In this document: positions 7,403 through 17,784 of the stretch, piece after piece | Layout of the letters: each line of letters begins with the position of its first letter | Position numbering within the stretch: the first letter of the stretch is position 1 | NCBI GenBank assembly: GCA_964475265.1 | Contig: CAYYVY010000003.1 | Location: forward strand, 1,500-65,499 | Origin: an uncultured Anaerolineaceae bacterium | GTDB lineage: Bacteria > Chloroflexota > Anaerolineae > Anaerolineales > E44-bin32 | Reading direction: 5' to 3' | DNA length: 64,000 nucleotides | Program-made: the position numbers and the translations under genes | Notes under the pieces: generated by a model | What the model saw: only the letters and a program-made list of their open reading frames with translations | Databases searched by the model: none | Told to the model about the DNA's origin: nothing

Positions 7403-8964
7403 AAGATCTCTTCCGAAGACGCACCGTGCGATCGCGGCGACGATTTTTTCTATACATCGCAGGTATTTTTATCATCGCCATCAGCGGCGCGATTGCGATT
7501 TCGTCATCTTTGTTTCCACTGTATACGCGCGTTGGAAATTGGAGCGATGTCGTCCTACAGATTTTTATCGCTTTTCTTGGTGCCCTGATGGGCATCTTGC
7601 TCATCATCGCCGCACGTCAAGAAACAAAGGCATTAGATCTGTTCGACTGGTTGCAGGAATTGAACTCTCTTCTCGCAGGGTTATCGGCCCCACTCAATGC
7701 CGATAGTATCTATCCAGTCTGTGAAAAAATGTTAAGTGTTTTCACCGAAAACGCAGGTTGGATTCTATTAATTCGAGCTCCCGGCTTGCTAATTCGAGGT
7801 GAAGTAAAAAGGCGCAAGTATCTTCCCATCGTTTCCGCCAATTTAGACAGTGAGTGGAATGTCCATTGGGCTGAGAATTACCTCAAAGACTTGATTGAAA
7901 ACGTCGATGGAGACAAAGATCGTGTCACGGCTAGGGTATTGAAAGTCGCTAGGCAACCGGAGGGCACATGGTCGGCAGATATGGCGGACAAGTCCTTGAT
8001 CGATCAAATTGAAGTTGGCTACCAGCCTGGCGGCGCATCATGGAGACATAGATTGTTCTCAGGACAAAAAGCCGAAGATACTCCTGTGCTCGTATGGACG
8101 TCTAGCGTTAAAACTGGAGATATCTCTACTGGAATGGCGATCGGCCTGGGGGAGAAAAATTCGATCCCGGACACGATGACATTGCAGGCATTGACGACCA
8201 GCCTCGATTTGCTTGTGCAACGCATTGGCAGCATCTTGACAGAAGTAATCCAGCGACGTGAAGGATTGGGCATCGAGAACCTAGGCTTGATCATGCGTGT
8301 ACTTGCTCATGAGACCAACAATGATCTCCAGGGGGCGCTCAACACCATGGACGCCTTCTCCATCCCGGCCACAGAGATTTCAAGTGACCAGCTAATAAAG
8401 CTGCGCGCGATGCTTGCTCGGGCTAGTCATTGGAGTCATCTGATGCGTGAAGCGCCGTTTCTGGTAGATAACGTGCTTCCCGTTGAAAGGGACATCGTCT
8501 CTCTTTCGAATTCGCTTCGTCAGACACTTGACGAGATTCGCCAGGCCTGGCCCGACCTATCATTCGTTCTGAAATTTCCGGATGCCAGTGATACGCTGGA
8601 AGTTGTGGGAGATCAACATATATGCTCGATCATCCGCAACCTGCTGCACAATGCGGCTTCCTTTTCCCCAGAAGAAGGAACCGTGACGGTAAATGTTGTG
8701 GTTGATGACGAGTGCGCGCACGTTTCCGTCCATGATGAGGGCCCGGGAGTGGACCCGGCGGACACCGATAAAATTTTCTCTCCTTTGGCGAGTTACAAGG
8801 AGGGAAGGCGAGCGGGTGTGAGGGCAGATTATGGGATGGGGGTTGGATTGACCATTTCCAGGGCGATAACGCGTGCCTATGGCGGGGACTTACTCTGTTT
8901 CAGCAATACGCAAGAAGGTGGAGGCTGTTTCGAAGTTACCTTTCCCTTGGCGTATGAAGACTAA
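7399..8964 (+). CDS. sensor histidine kinase (2 N-terminal TM helices, no obvious periplasmic domain)
   Basis: The ATG at 7399 overlaps the upstream stop (ATGA). H-box LAHETNNDLQGAL; N-box IIRNLLHNAASFS; G1 HDEGPGVDP; F IFSPL; G2 GMGVGLTISRA. Confidence 0.85.
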   Translation: MKDLFRRRTVRSRRRFFLYIAGIFIIAISGAIAISSSLFPLYTRVGNWSDVVLQIFIAFLGALMGILLIIAARQETKALDLFDWLQELNSLLAGLSAPLNADSIYPVCEKMLSVFTENAGWILLIRAPGLLIRGEVKRRKYLPIVSANLDSEWNVHWAENYLKDLIENVDGDKDRVTARVLKVARQPEGTWSADMADKSLIDQIEVGYQPGGASWRHRLFSGQKAEDTPVLVWTSSVKTGDISTGMAIGLGEKNSIPDTMTLQALTTSLDLLVQRIGSILTEVIQRREGLGIENLGLIMRVLAHETNNDLQGALNTMDAFSIPATEISSDQLIKLRAMLARASHWSHLMREAPFLVDNVLPVERDIVSLSNSLRQTLDEIRQAWPDLSFVLKFPDASDTLEVVGDQHICSIIRNLLHNAASFSPEEGTVTVNVVVDDECAHVSVHDEGPGVDPADTDKIFSPLASYKEGRRAGVRADYGMGVGLTISRAITRAYGGDLLCFSNTQEGGGCFEVTFPLAYED

Positions 8965-8990
8965 CCAGACCAGAATGGAGGACGAAGATT

Positions 8991-9746
8991 GTGGCACAAA
9001 GGGATTACGAAAGGGTTGTCATCGCAGAAGATAATCAAGAGCGTGCTTCCGAGATGATGCAAATTCTCACAGTAATCGGTGGATTTGATGTATCGATTAC
9101 GAAATGGAGAGCCGAAGTAGACAATCTCGTCAGCACGACAAACGCCGGATGGCTTATCCTTGATTTGAACCTTGAAGATGGAAATTCGGCAGAAATCGTG
9201 CCTTTACTTCGGGAACGATATGGGGAAGAACTGATAATCATCATTTTATCTGGATATTATGAAGATTTTCCCGAATGGGATTTGTTGTCCTGCGGAGCGG
9301 ATCTATATCTCAGAAAGCCGTATCGACCAAAGGCAATGCTTCAACAAATGGAAACGCTGCGAGCCCGTATGAGAGGGCAGGCACTGAAACAATCCACCAG
9401 CATCAAGCTCAAGATTGGTGATGGCGTTCTCGATCTGGAACGAGCGATTTATAAAAAGGGAACGATGGAAATTGGTATTCCACACGTTCAGATCAAGTTG
9501 ATCCGACTGCTGGCGTCGGCGCGCGATAATGATGGCTGGAAGTTCGTTGAACGCCCAGAAATCATCATGCATGTATGGGGTGAAGACTTTGAAGTGGACC
9601 CGATCACAACGACGGAGCGGCTGCGGAAATTGAGAAACCGAATCCGGAACACGTTGGGCATGGAGATTACCGACAGCATTCAATCGAGCACGAAGCGACT
9701 TCCCAGATATCGACTGATCTCGGAGATTAAGGTTATCGAGGAATAA
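8991..9746 (+). CDS. OmpR/PhoB-type response regulator (receiver + winged-helix)
   Basis: GTG start with GGAGGA upstream. Receiver residues: IAEDN, ILDLNLEDG, ILSG, LRKPY. The C-terminal region (VQIKLIRLLA...ERLRKLRNRIRNTLG) looks like trans_reg_C. Confidence 0.85.
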   Translation: MAQRDYERVVIAEDNQERASEMMQILTVIGGFDVSITKWRAEVDNLVSTTNAGWLILDLNLEDGNSAEIVPLLRERYGEELIIIILSGYYEDFPEWDLLSCGADLYLRKPYRPKAMLQQMETLRARMRGQALKQSTSIKLKIGDGVLDLERAIYKKGTMEIGIPHVQIKLIRLLASARDNDGWKFVERPEIIMHVWGEDFEVDPITTTERLRKLRNRIRNTLGMEITDSIQSSTKRLPRYRLISEIKVIEE

Positions 9747-9785
9747 AAAAGTGTTTCCGTCAGTATTCGAAAAGGATCGGTAGAC

Positions 9786-10859
9786 GTGCCTAAAACCCCG
9801 CCAGGTTTCCATTTACCTCCTTTTGTCATGGTGCCAGAGGATCTTGAAGAGGTAGCCCTTCACGTCGAAGAGAACCTTGCTGCTGGTCGCGAGGAGATGT
9901 TTTGGCCCATCTCCACAGGATTTGAGCCCATCGATCGATACGCGGGTGGGGGACTCCATGCCGGCGATCTGACGATCGTGGGGGGTGTACAGAACGTCGG
10001 TAAAACAGCGCTCGTGCTTCAATGGGCCAATCACCTCGCCGTCAACGACGCCCTTGCCATTGTCGTTTGTTACGAGCACAACACAATCACGCTTTGGGAA
10101 CGTCTACTCTGTCAGAACTCCTATATTGCCAATCGCGAGGAACACATCACTATGGATTTACTCCGTCAGGCATACATCGAGGCAATTCGAGAGCGTGATC
10201 GGATTCAAGTCAATGCGTCCCACGACAAAATGCATATGCTCGACGAGGTCCTTTCGAGGATACCGAGAGGAACTCGAGCCTGGTCGACTCTGACCGACCG
10301 CATCCGCAACATCTGGTTGGTCATGGGCGATGGCGTGAATACAGATCTCGTCTCATTGCGCCGCTATGTTGAGCTTGCCGTTCAACACTATAATAAACCC
10401 AGGGTTGTGCTCTTTATCGATTACGTACAGCGAGTCCCGGTAATTGATGCCTCAGGCGCGCTCGAGACTGAAGAGCGCATCGAGCGAGTTCTGGCGGGCT
10501 TGAAAGGTCTAGCGATGCGGACGACAGCCCAGGGGGCTGTCTTGTCCGTTGTTGCGGTTGGCGCCGCGGATGATGATGGTCTTCGTAAGGGAAGAGTGCA
10601 TCTCGAGAATCTCTGGGGGAACCCCATCATGCAGTATGAGCCGGACGTTGCGCTGATTGCCAACCGGGATGGTGTCGATACAGATGGTGTTCCGTTGGTG
10701 CGTTGGTCGCTGGAAAAAAACCGGCGAGGTCAGAGCAATATCGAGTTTCGTCATCGCTACCACGGTGCCGCATACTCCTTTGAACCAAACGGTGTAATAA
10801 TTGGCCACAATGAAAGCTGGCAATCTGAGCGTGATGGATGTGAAAACCGATGCGAATGA
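9786..10859 (+). CDS. DnaB-C-terminal-like / KaiC-like RecA-fold ATPase (no DnaB N-terminal domain)
   Basis: FEPIDRYAGGGLHAGDLTIVGGVQNVGKTALVLQWANHLA (Walker A); VCYEHNTITLWERLLCQ; Walker B VVLFIDYVQRV (compare DnaB IDYLQL); ENLWGNPIMQYEPDVALI (compare DLReSG.iEQDAD). The start is uncertain (GTG 9786 or ATG 9828). Confidence 0.6.
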   Translation: MPKTPPGFHLPPFVMVPEDLEEVALHVEENLAAGREEMFWPISTGFEPIDRYAGGGLHAGDLTIVGGVQNVGKTALVLQWANHLAVNDALAIVVCYEHNTITLWERLLCQNSYIANREEHITMDLLRQAYIEAIRERDRIQVNASHDKMHMLDEVLSRIPRGTRAWSTLTDRIRNIWLVMGDGVNTDLVSLRRYVELAVQHYNKPRVVLFIDYVQRVPVIDASGALETEERIERVLAGLKGLAMRTTAQGAVLSVVAVGAADDDGLRKGRVHLENLWGNPIMQYEPDVALIANRDGVDTDGVPLVRWSLEKNRRGQSNIEFRHRYHGAAYSFEPNGVIIGHNESWQSERDGCENRCE

Positions 10860-10947
10860 CAGGCTGCGGGGGAATGAGTGTAATAGAACAGAATAACTTC
10901 GGAGTGTTAAACCTCTTGGATAGAACTCTACTTGGGACCACGATGGC

Positions 10948-11541
10948 ATGAACGCCTTCGTGGCCAGTTTTACGACGGCGCTTTTAATCTGGGCAGCGCG
11001 GCTAGACCTAATGACCAGGAAAATCCCCAGAGGTGCTGGTTTTGGCGTCTTGGCCATCGGTCTCTTCGTTCTGCTGTGGAATCAGCTTTGGATCGAAGCA
11101 TTGTATTACGTTCTCGCGATCTGGTGTACTTCGGGAGGCGTTTGGACGTTGCTGTTAATCCTTGCCTCACTGGCAACTGCATTCGTCCGCGGCGGGGATA
11201 GCATCCCGCTTGTTTTAGGCCTCGTTATTATTTCTGTGTTTTTTTGGATGCATTGGTTCGGTGGTGGGGATGCGCAGCTCGCCATCGGACTTATTGGGAT
11301 CGGCCACGATTGGGCCATTCTTGCTTTTCTGGTTGGAGCAACAATTATCTCGATGATTTTTCTTGTTTTCCGAAGACATGGAGTGACAGAAGGTCTCAAG
11401 CGGCTGCACCAGGTTTTTCGTAATCTCGCCGCAAAACCGGACGCACATGCGATCCGTACACCTTGGGCGGTGATTGCTATGATTGCGGGCATCTTGTATC
11501 TTTGGTTGTGGCCTTTGTTCATCGGAGGCAGCTCGGTATGA
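10948..11541 (+). CDS. A24-family prepilin peptidase (CpaA/TadV type, peptidase domain only)
   Basis: Polytopic membrane protein with the two catalytic Asp contexts AARLDLMTRKIP and FGGGDAQLAIGLIG. Confidence 0.75.
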   Translation: MNAFVASFTTALLIWAARLDLMTRKIPRGAGFGVLAIGLFVLLWNQLWIEALYYVLAIWCTSGGVWTLLLILASLATAFVRGGDSIPLVLGLVIISVFFWMHWFGGGDAQLAIGLIGIGHDWAILAFLVGATIISMIFLVFRRHGVTEGLKRLHQVFRNLAAKPDAHAIRTPWAVIAMIAGILYLWLWPLFIGGSSV

Positions 11542-12014
11542 GAAAAATCGTATTGGTTGCCGGCATAGTTGCGATGATCGTCGCAGGATGTTCCATCTTC
11601 GGAAAAGGAACAGACGAGGGCGTACCAGAGGAAAATGTCGCGGCCGGTGACGGAACTCCGCGTGTGATCAGCGGCCAGGAAGCGCTGCAGCTCTACGGCG
11701 TCGCAACGGAAGATCCGGTTTCGATAAAACCGACGAGCACGCCGCTCTATTACTTCCCGGCGCGCGCCTGGGTCCTGCCCAACGAGATTCCCTACGATCC
11801 GCAGGAGACGATCACCATCCTGCCCATGTTCACCCGTCCGGCGTTGAACGACGGCGGCACCTGGCTGGGGGACCTGGAAGCGGGCGCCGAAGTCGTGCTG
11901 CAGGGAGTCAACGCCGACCGCACGGCCTGCCTGGTCGAAGGGCTTACGCTGCAAGGCTGGAGCACCATGGGCTGGGTGGCCTGCAACCGGCTGAGTTTCT
12001 ACGAGGTGGATTGA
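11538..12014 (+). CDS. lipoprotein with C-terminal SH3b-like domain
   Basis: The ATG at 11538 overlaps the peptidase stop (ATGA). Signal and lipobox MRKIVLVAGIVAMIVAGC. The C-terminus LEAGAEVVLQGVNADRTACLVEGLTLQGWSTMGWVACNRL is SH3_3-like. Confidence 0.5.
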   Translation: MRKIVLVAGIVAMIVAGCSIFGKGTDEGVPEENVAAGDGTPRVISGQEALQLYGVATEDPVSIKPTSTPLYYFPARAWVLPNEIPYDPQETITILPMFTRPALNDGGTWLGDLEAGAEVVLQGVNADRTACLVEGLTLQGWSTMGWVACNRLSFYEVD

Positions 12015-12416
12015 GTATCCCTCGATAATGTATTGCACGGCATTTCCGGATTGTCGGGGCTTTTTCTTTGGTTGAAATGCATCCTGATCAAGCAAGATTT
12101 TGGCGAGAGGGGGAAAACCTGATCTTGTCGTAATTACCAGAAATCCAGCAATGAAGTGTATTAATTCCCCGAACGGTAACTGCAGATACAATTTAGACCC
12201 TGTATGTAAACGAGCGTTGTTTCTTCCAATATCAAGATAGCTCAGCAGAATCGCTTGAATATGCGCTCTTCAAAGTGTATGCTATGCCAAGATGCAGCCA
12301 GAACACAACAGAGGGCACATGATCTTATTCGGAAATCGGATTTTCTTGATCGCGCCCTTTTAGATTCAATGCGGAGATTTAGAGTACTTCTGTAGCAACA
12401 TTCAGGGAGGTCGACT

Positions 12417-13043
12417 ATGGGTTACTCCTACCGGTCACGCCAGGAAAATAGAAAGACCATGCTGATGATAGGCCTTGGGTTTGGTGTGCCGGCCTTTTTG
12501 TTGATCATGTACCTCTTCGTGTCTCAATTGCCGATGTCCTCCAAACAGCTGGCTCGTAAGTACGGCGATGAGGTGTATCTATGCCAGGACGTAATCGGGC
12601 TGCAGCCCATGCCGTTATCGGAGAAGAAGCCGGTGGATGAGATTCGGCGCATCGTCTTTGTCGAAGCGGATCTCGACACGAATGCTCTGACCCTGCACGA
12701 TTGGCAGCAACAGCTGCCTCCAGAGTGGGCTGCCAACGGAGAAGATGAAGTCGACGCAATCGTTTGCCTTCGTTTTGCCTATATGACTGTCGGAGAATGT
12801 TCCTACAGCGTAGGTCTCGGTACGGATGTGGTTCAGCGGCAACGCCAGAGACTCGAGATCACGATTATTGATGCGGAATCGGAGAAGTCAATCCGCTATG
12901 ATCAGATAAATGGGGCTGACCCGGGACCGTGCCCGGATACAATGCCCTCCATAGGTGGATCGGTTCCCAATATACAAGGCCCGGACATTTCGTATGAAGA
13001 AGTCGTATCCGAAATTATGCGATACATCGTCCCGGTCGATTGA
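12417..13043 (+). CDS. hypothetical N-terminally membrane-anchored protein
   Basis: 208-aa ORF with GGGAGG upstream and one TM helix (MLMIGLGFGVPAFLLIMYLFV). No family recognised. Confidence 0.5.
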   Translation: MGYSYRSRQENRKTMLMIGLGFGVPAFLLIMYLFVSQLPMSSKQLARKYGDEVYLCQDVIGLQPMPLSEKKPVDEIRRIVFVEADLDTNALTLHDWQQQLPPEWAANGEDEVDAIVCLRFAYMTVGECSYSVGLGTDVVQRQRQRLEITIIDAESEKSIRYDQINGADPGPCPDTMPSIGGSVPNIQGPDISYEEVVSEIMRYIVPVD

Positions 13044-13283
13044 TATACTCAATTGCTGCAGAGCACCAGCATGAACCTGGGTTTTGGATGGCGTAACTGG
13101 AACCGACATGAATGGGTTGATTCACAGTGCGGGTTGGGGATTTGACTTCTGCGCATTCATTTCGTAGTATTACGGTGTAAATCGTCGTATTTGCGCTGTG
13201 ACAGTCCACACTTGGGGAACGCCGTCGAAGCTGGTAGATTCAGGATTATAATCGTGAGTGGGACGAGCGAACGGAGGTCGAAC

Positions 13284-13505
13284 ATGGCACGCGAGGTCTG
13301 GCAGGTGATGAAAACCCGGCACTGTGAGCGCATCGGCGAGGAAGCCGCGCTGGAGGTGCATCTCGTCTTCCCGGCCGATATTCTGCCGGACGCTCGGCCG
13401 CGCGTGCTCGGCCACCGCTGCTCGCACGGTCTGCGCTGCAATCGGCTGGATGCGCCCACCTGCCAGTGGGCGGGGACGCTGCCGGGCTACGATCCCTTCC
13501 GCTAG
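13284..13505 (+). CDS. hypothetical small Cys/His-rich protein (73 aa)
   Basis: GGAGG lies 6 nt upstream of the ATG at 13284 (internal to track ORF 13191-13505). It is followed by a strong hairpin terminator. Confidence 0.5.
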   Translation: MAREVWQVMKTRHCERIGEEAALEVHLVFPADILPDARPRVLGHRCSHGLRCNRLDAPTCQWAGTLPGYDPFR

Positions 13506-13548
13506 TTTCCCTGCAGCACAACAGCGGCAATCCTTATTCGGAGAATCA

Positions 13549-13590
13549 AACGGTGCCCGCGATAAGCGGGCACCGTGTTTGTTGCGTGTT
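13549..13590. terminator. bidirectional intrinsic terminator between convergent genes
   Basis: CGGTGCCCGC-GATAA-GCGGGCACCG (10-bp stem). It is followed by TGTTTGTTGCGTGTTTT on the plus strand and by a T-rich run on the minus strand. Confidence 0.7.
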
Positions 13591-13608
13591 TTGAAGGGAT
13601 GCAACCGC

Positions 13609-14795
<1,187 letters not shown>

Positions 14796-14799
<4 letters not shown>

Positions 14800-15083
14800 G
14801 TGGTTTCACCTTCTCCAAAGTCTGTGCATGGTCGATCTTGCGAGTCGATCAGGTCCAGTTTGCGATCTCGCGAGAGTGATTTTATCGCCCGTTCCCGCTG
14901 CATGGCAGCAGACCGGTCGGGGAGACGCTCGAGGTAGGCCAGGTAAAGCGGGCGTCGAGCGCGCGTGTAGCGCGCCCCTCGGCCGGCATTGTGGTCGCGC
15001 AGGCGTCGTTGGGGATCGGTCGTCCAACCCGTGTACAGCGTCCCGTCCGCACACTCCAGCATGTAGCAGTAGAATTCGGCCAC
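14796..15083 (-). CDS. GIY-YIG nuclease family protein (small, URI domain only)
   Basis: [35 protein letters not shown]. The stop overlaps the kbl start (ATGA). Confidence 0.8.
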
Positions 15084-15153
15084 GGTTTCATTATACGGTA
15101 GACCTGCCGGGAGACCAACGCTTGGGCAAAAGGGGGCGGCCGGAAATGCGAGG

Positions 15154-16137
15154 TCAGCCTCGATCGTCGGGCATATTGATTCCGAGCAGTTTCTCGATCA
15201 AGCTGCGGCGTTTGGGGATTCGCTCGAAAGCCGTACTTTTATCGCTCCGTACGCCGGGCTGCCGGGTGGAAAGCCACTGTGCACGTGCGGCGTTCGCCGC
15301 GCTGACGTATTCGCTGAGTGAATTCCCGCTTTCGTCGGCAAGGGCGTGTTGGAGAGCCTGTAATTCGCCGATGAAGTGAGTCAATTTCGCGCGCAGGATC
15401 TCGAGATTCAGGGCACTGAAATTCCCGGGATCGCCGAGGGGATCTTCACTGCAAAGTGAAGTGATGTCCGCAAAGGTCAATCCCGCCATGCGCTGGATGT
15501 CCTGCCAGTTGCCGGCCCCGGCGGCCTCCTGTAAGACTGCCGCACCGATCAACCGCGGCAGCCACTCTATGGTTGCCGCTACTCCGTCGTGTTCGTACGC
15601 GTCGATGAAAATCGGCGTCGCACCGAGCAGCCTGGCCAGATCGAGTCCCGTCGACACCCCCTCTTCCGAGCTGTCTTTGGGGACGGCGATAGCCAGCAGG
15701 CCATTTTGGAACAGATCGAGTCTGGGCTGTTTTCTTTCTGCCGGCGCAGCGCTGAAAACGTGCGGCCCTATAATGGGGCTTGCGCCAATGTAATGGCGGT
15801 CGGCCGGAAGGGAAGTTTCAGCCCAGCGGATGGCCGTGGAACGCGCTGGTGTGGTGTCGATGAGCATCCCATCGGGTTTGAGTTTCTTTGCCAGCATTTC
15901 GAGATGTTCGTGCAGGGCATTGGGGGGAACGTCGAGTACCACCATGTCCGCCGATTTGGCCGCCTTGCCCGGATTCGAAACCAGTCGACCGATTGCGCCG
16001 AGATCTTTGGCGCGTCGTGCGTTTTCCTGAGTGGAGTCATAGCCTACAAGCACGATGTCCGCTTCGGATCTGGCGAAGTTCAAGGCGATCGACGTGCCGA
16101 TCTGTCCCAGGCCGATAAACAAAATCTCTCTGCTCAT
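15154..16137 (-). CDS. tyrA: prephenate/arogenate dehydrogenase family protein
   Basis: N-terminal Rossmann motif ILFIGLGQIGTSIA, followed by a TyrA-like layout (DMVVLDVPPNAL...MLIDTTPARS). Confidence 0.7.
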   Translation of the reverse strand: MSREILFIGLGQIGTSIALNFARSEADIVLVGYDSTQENARRAKDLGAIGRLVSNPGKAAKSADMVVLDVPPNALHEHLEMLAKKLKPDGMLIDTTPARSTAIRWAETSLPADRHYIGASPIIGPHVFSAAPAERKQPRLDLFQNGLLAIAVPKDSSEEGVSTGLDLARLLGATPIFIDAYEHDGVAATIEWLPRLIGAAVLQEAAGAGNWQDIQRMAGLTFADITSLCSEDPLGDPGNFSALNLEILRAKLTHFIGELQALQHALADESGNSLSEYVSAANAARAQWLSTRQPGVRSDKSTAFERIPKRRSLIEKLLGINMPDDRG

Positions 16138-16146
16138 GCGAACACC

Positions 16147-16662
16147 TCAATTCTCCCCGTCGGCCTGCTGCAGGCGGTAGAGTAAACGATCGATCTCCGT
16201 CTGCGGAGGTGCAGGAGAGGATCCTTGATGGCGGCCAACCAGCGCCACCAGATCGTCCGAACCTCCTGCGGCGCGGATGATTTCGGCACTCCAGCGGGGA
16301 TGCTGTGCGGCGATGACGAAGGGACGCCGCCAGCCGCGTGGTTCTGCGTTTCCCCAACGTTCGACCGCCCGCGGAAACAGCGCCGTGGCCAGCACGACCA
16401 GTATACGATCCCACAGCTGCGGGGGGTGATTCGCTTTGCCCACGTCGTGCAGCAGCGCTGCGGCACACAGGGTCGGGTGGGCATCGTCGGCGCGAATGGC
16501 GCGCAGGACTCGAACGGCGTGAAGTTGATCCGAGCAGCTCATGCGCCGAAAGGCATCTAGCAGGGAGGGAGAGAGGGTGTTTTCGATGAGCAGCTGGTCT
16601 TCCGGAGACAGTCTGGCGAAGAGGGCGTGGATGAATTGAGAGGCCCGGTATTGAATTTTCAT
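16147..16662 (-). CDS. HD domain-containing protein
   Basis: Start taken at [10 protein letters not shown] (the ATG at 16662 overlaps the M50 stop, ATGA). HAVRV...AALLHDVGK is an HD motif. The upstream part of track ORF 16147-17142 is antisense shadow of the M50 gene. Confidence 0.65.
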   Translation of the reverse strand: MKIQYRASQFIHALFARLSPEDQLLIENTLSPSLLDAFRRMSCSDQLHAVRVLRAIRADDAHPTLCAAALLHDVGKANHPPQLWDRILVVLATALFPRAVERWGNAEPRGWRRPFVIAAQHPRWSAEIIRAAGGSDDLVALVGRHQGSSPAPPQTEIDRLLYRLQQADGEN

Positions 16663-17306
16663 ACGCTGAAAACGAGATTTTGGAAGATCACATCCGCCGG
16701 CGCGCCGATGACCAGATCGAACAGATTGAAGCCCGTTACGTTTCCGATCAGAATGATGCCGATGAGAATCATCGGACCAAAAGGCCGCAGACGATAGAGC
16801 ACGTCCTGTCCGCCCGGCGGCAGGAAGAATGCGGCAATTTTCTCGCCGTCGAGCGGGAAAATGGGCAGGAGATTGAAAAAGAGCAGGATGAGGTTGTAAA
16901 AAATGAACAGCAGTAAGAAAGGGGCCACGATGCCGGCGATCTCCGGCTCGATGCTGCCCGAAGAGAACAACCCCATGCGGAACGGCAGTGATGCGAGGAT
17001 GGCGAGGAGCAAGTTCGAGAATGGCCCCGCCAGAGCAACGAGCATGAATCCGGCCGGCGTCCGTCGACGCAGGGCGAAGTAGTTCACGGGGACCGGTTTC
17101 GCCCAACCGAATCCGGCGATGACGAACATCAAGGAACCCCAAAGATCGAGATGGGCGAGCGGGTTGAGGGTCAATCGGCCCGCCAGGCGCGGCGTGTCGT
17201 CTCCCAATTGATCCGCAGTCCAGGCATGGGCAAATTCATGGATGGAGAGGGACAGCACCAGGGTGATGATGAGAGATGCGATTTGAAGCGGTTCAAGCGA
17301 TAACAT
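16659..17306 (-). CDS. site-2 protease (M50) family metalloprotease
   Basis: HEFAHAW (HExxH) inside a TM helix; polytopic; LNPLAHLD motif. Confidence 0.8.
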   Translation of the reverse strand: MLSLEPLQIASLIITLVLSLSIHEFAHAWTADQLGDDTPRLAGRLTLNPLAHLDLWGSLMFVIAGFGWAKPVPVNYFALRRRTPAGFMLVALAGPFSNLLLAILASLPFRMGLFSSGSIEPEIAGIVAPFLLLFIFYNLILLFFNLLPIFPLDGEKIAAFFLPPGGQDVLYRLRPFGPMILIGIILIGNVTGFNLFDLVIGAPADVIFQNLVFSV

Positions 17307-17416
17307 GTTCAGGATTATACCATCCGCAGGGGGCGCAGCGCTTTAGCGCGCCGGAGATTGACGCATATGTGGGTGGTATAATCCGCGCCAACGCCTTCTT
17401 CGTTTTAGGGTGTGAC

Positions 17417-17626
17417 ATGCTGCCGGAATTACAAATGGGAGACGTTCTACGCTTACGTAAGCCGCATCCATGTGGGAACACGGATTGGGTCGTGGTGCGT
17501 TTGGGTGCCGACATTGGTTTGAAATGCCTGGGATGCGGCCGGCGCATTCTCCTGCCGCGGCGAGAGGTGGCTCGCAGGATGAAATCCTACGTTACGAAGG
17601 GCGGTGTGGATGTAAACGGCACTTGA
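17417..17626 (+). CDS. DUF951 family protein
   Basis: [42 protein letters not shown] is the typical DUF951 sequence. The start is internal to track ORF 17276-17626. Confidence 0.7.
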   Translation: MLPELQMGDVLRLRKPHPCGNTDWVVVRLGADIGLKCLGCGRRILLPRREVARRMKSYVTKGGVDVNGT

Positions 17627-17784
17627 GCCGGAAGCGACCTTGGCGCTGCGAGCCTGTTCCCGGTAAAGGCGTGCAGGCGCGAAGATTTTTTAACCGTACA
17701 GTTGCATCACGCAAAATAGAGATTCCAATCGATACGCTGGCACGCCAGCGAGGTTTCTGAGCGGCGTCCGGCCTCGATTGAAGT

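Noticed and set aside
11106-12191. 361-aa minus-strand ORF overlapping the prepilin peptidase and SH3 lipoprotein genes.
   Set aside because: It is an antisense shadow ORF. The product is Arg/Pro/Gly-rich with no motifs, whereas the plus-strand genes have clear family signatures and coupled starts.
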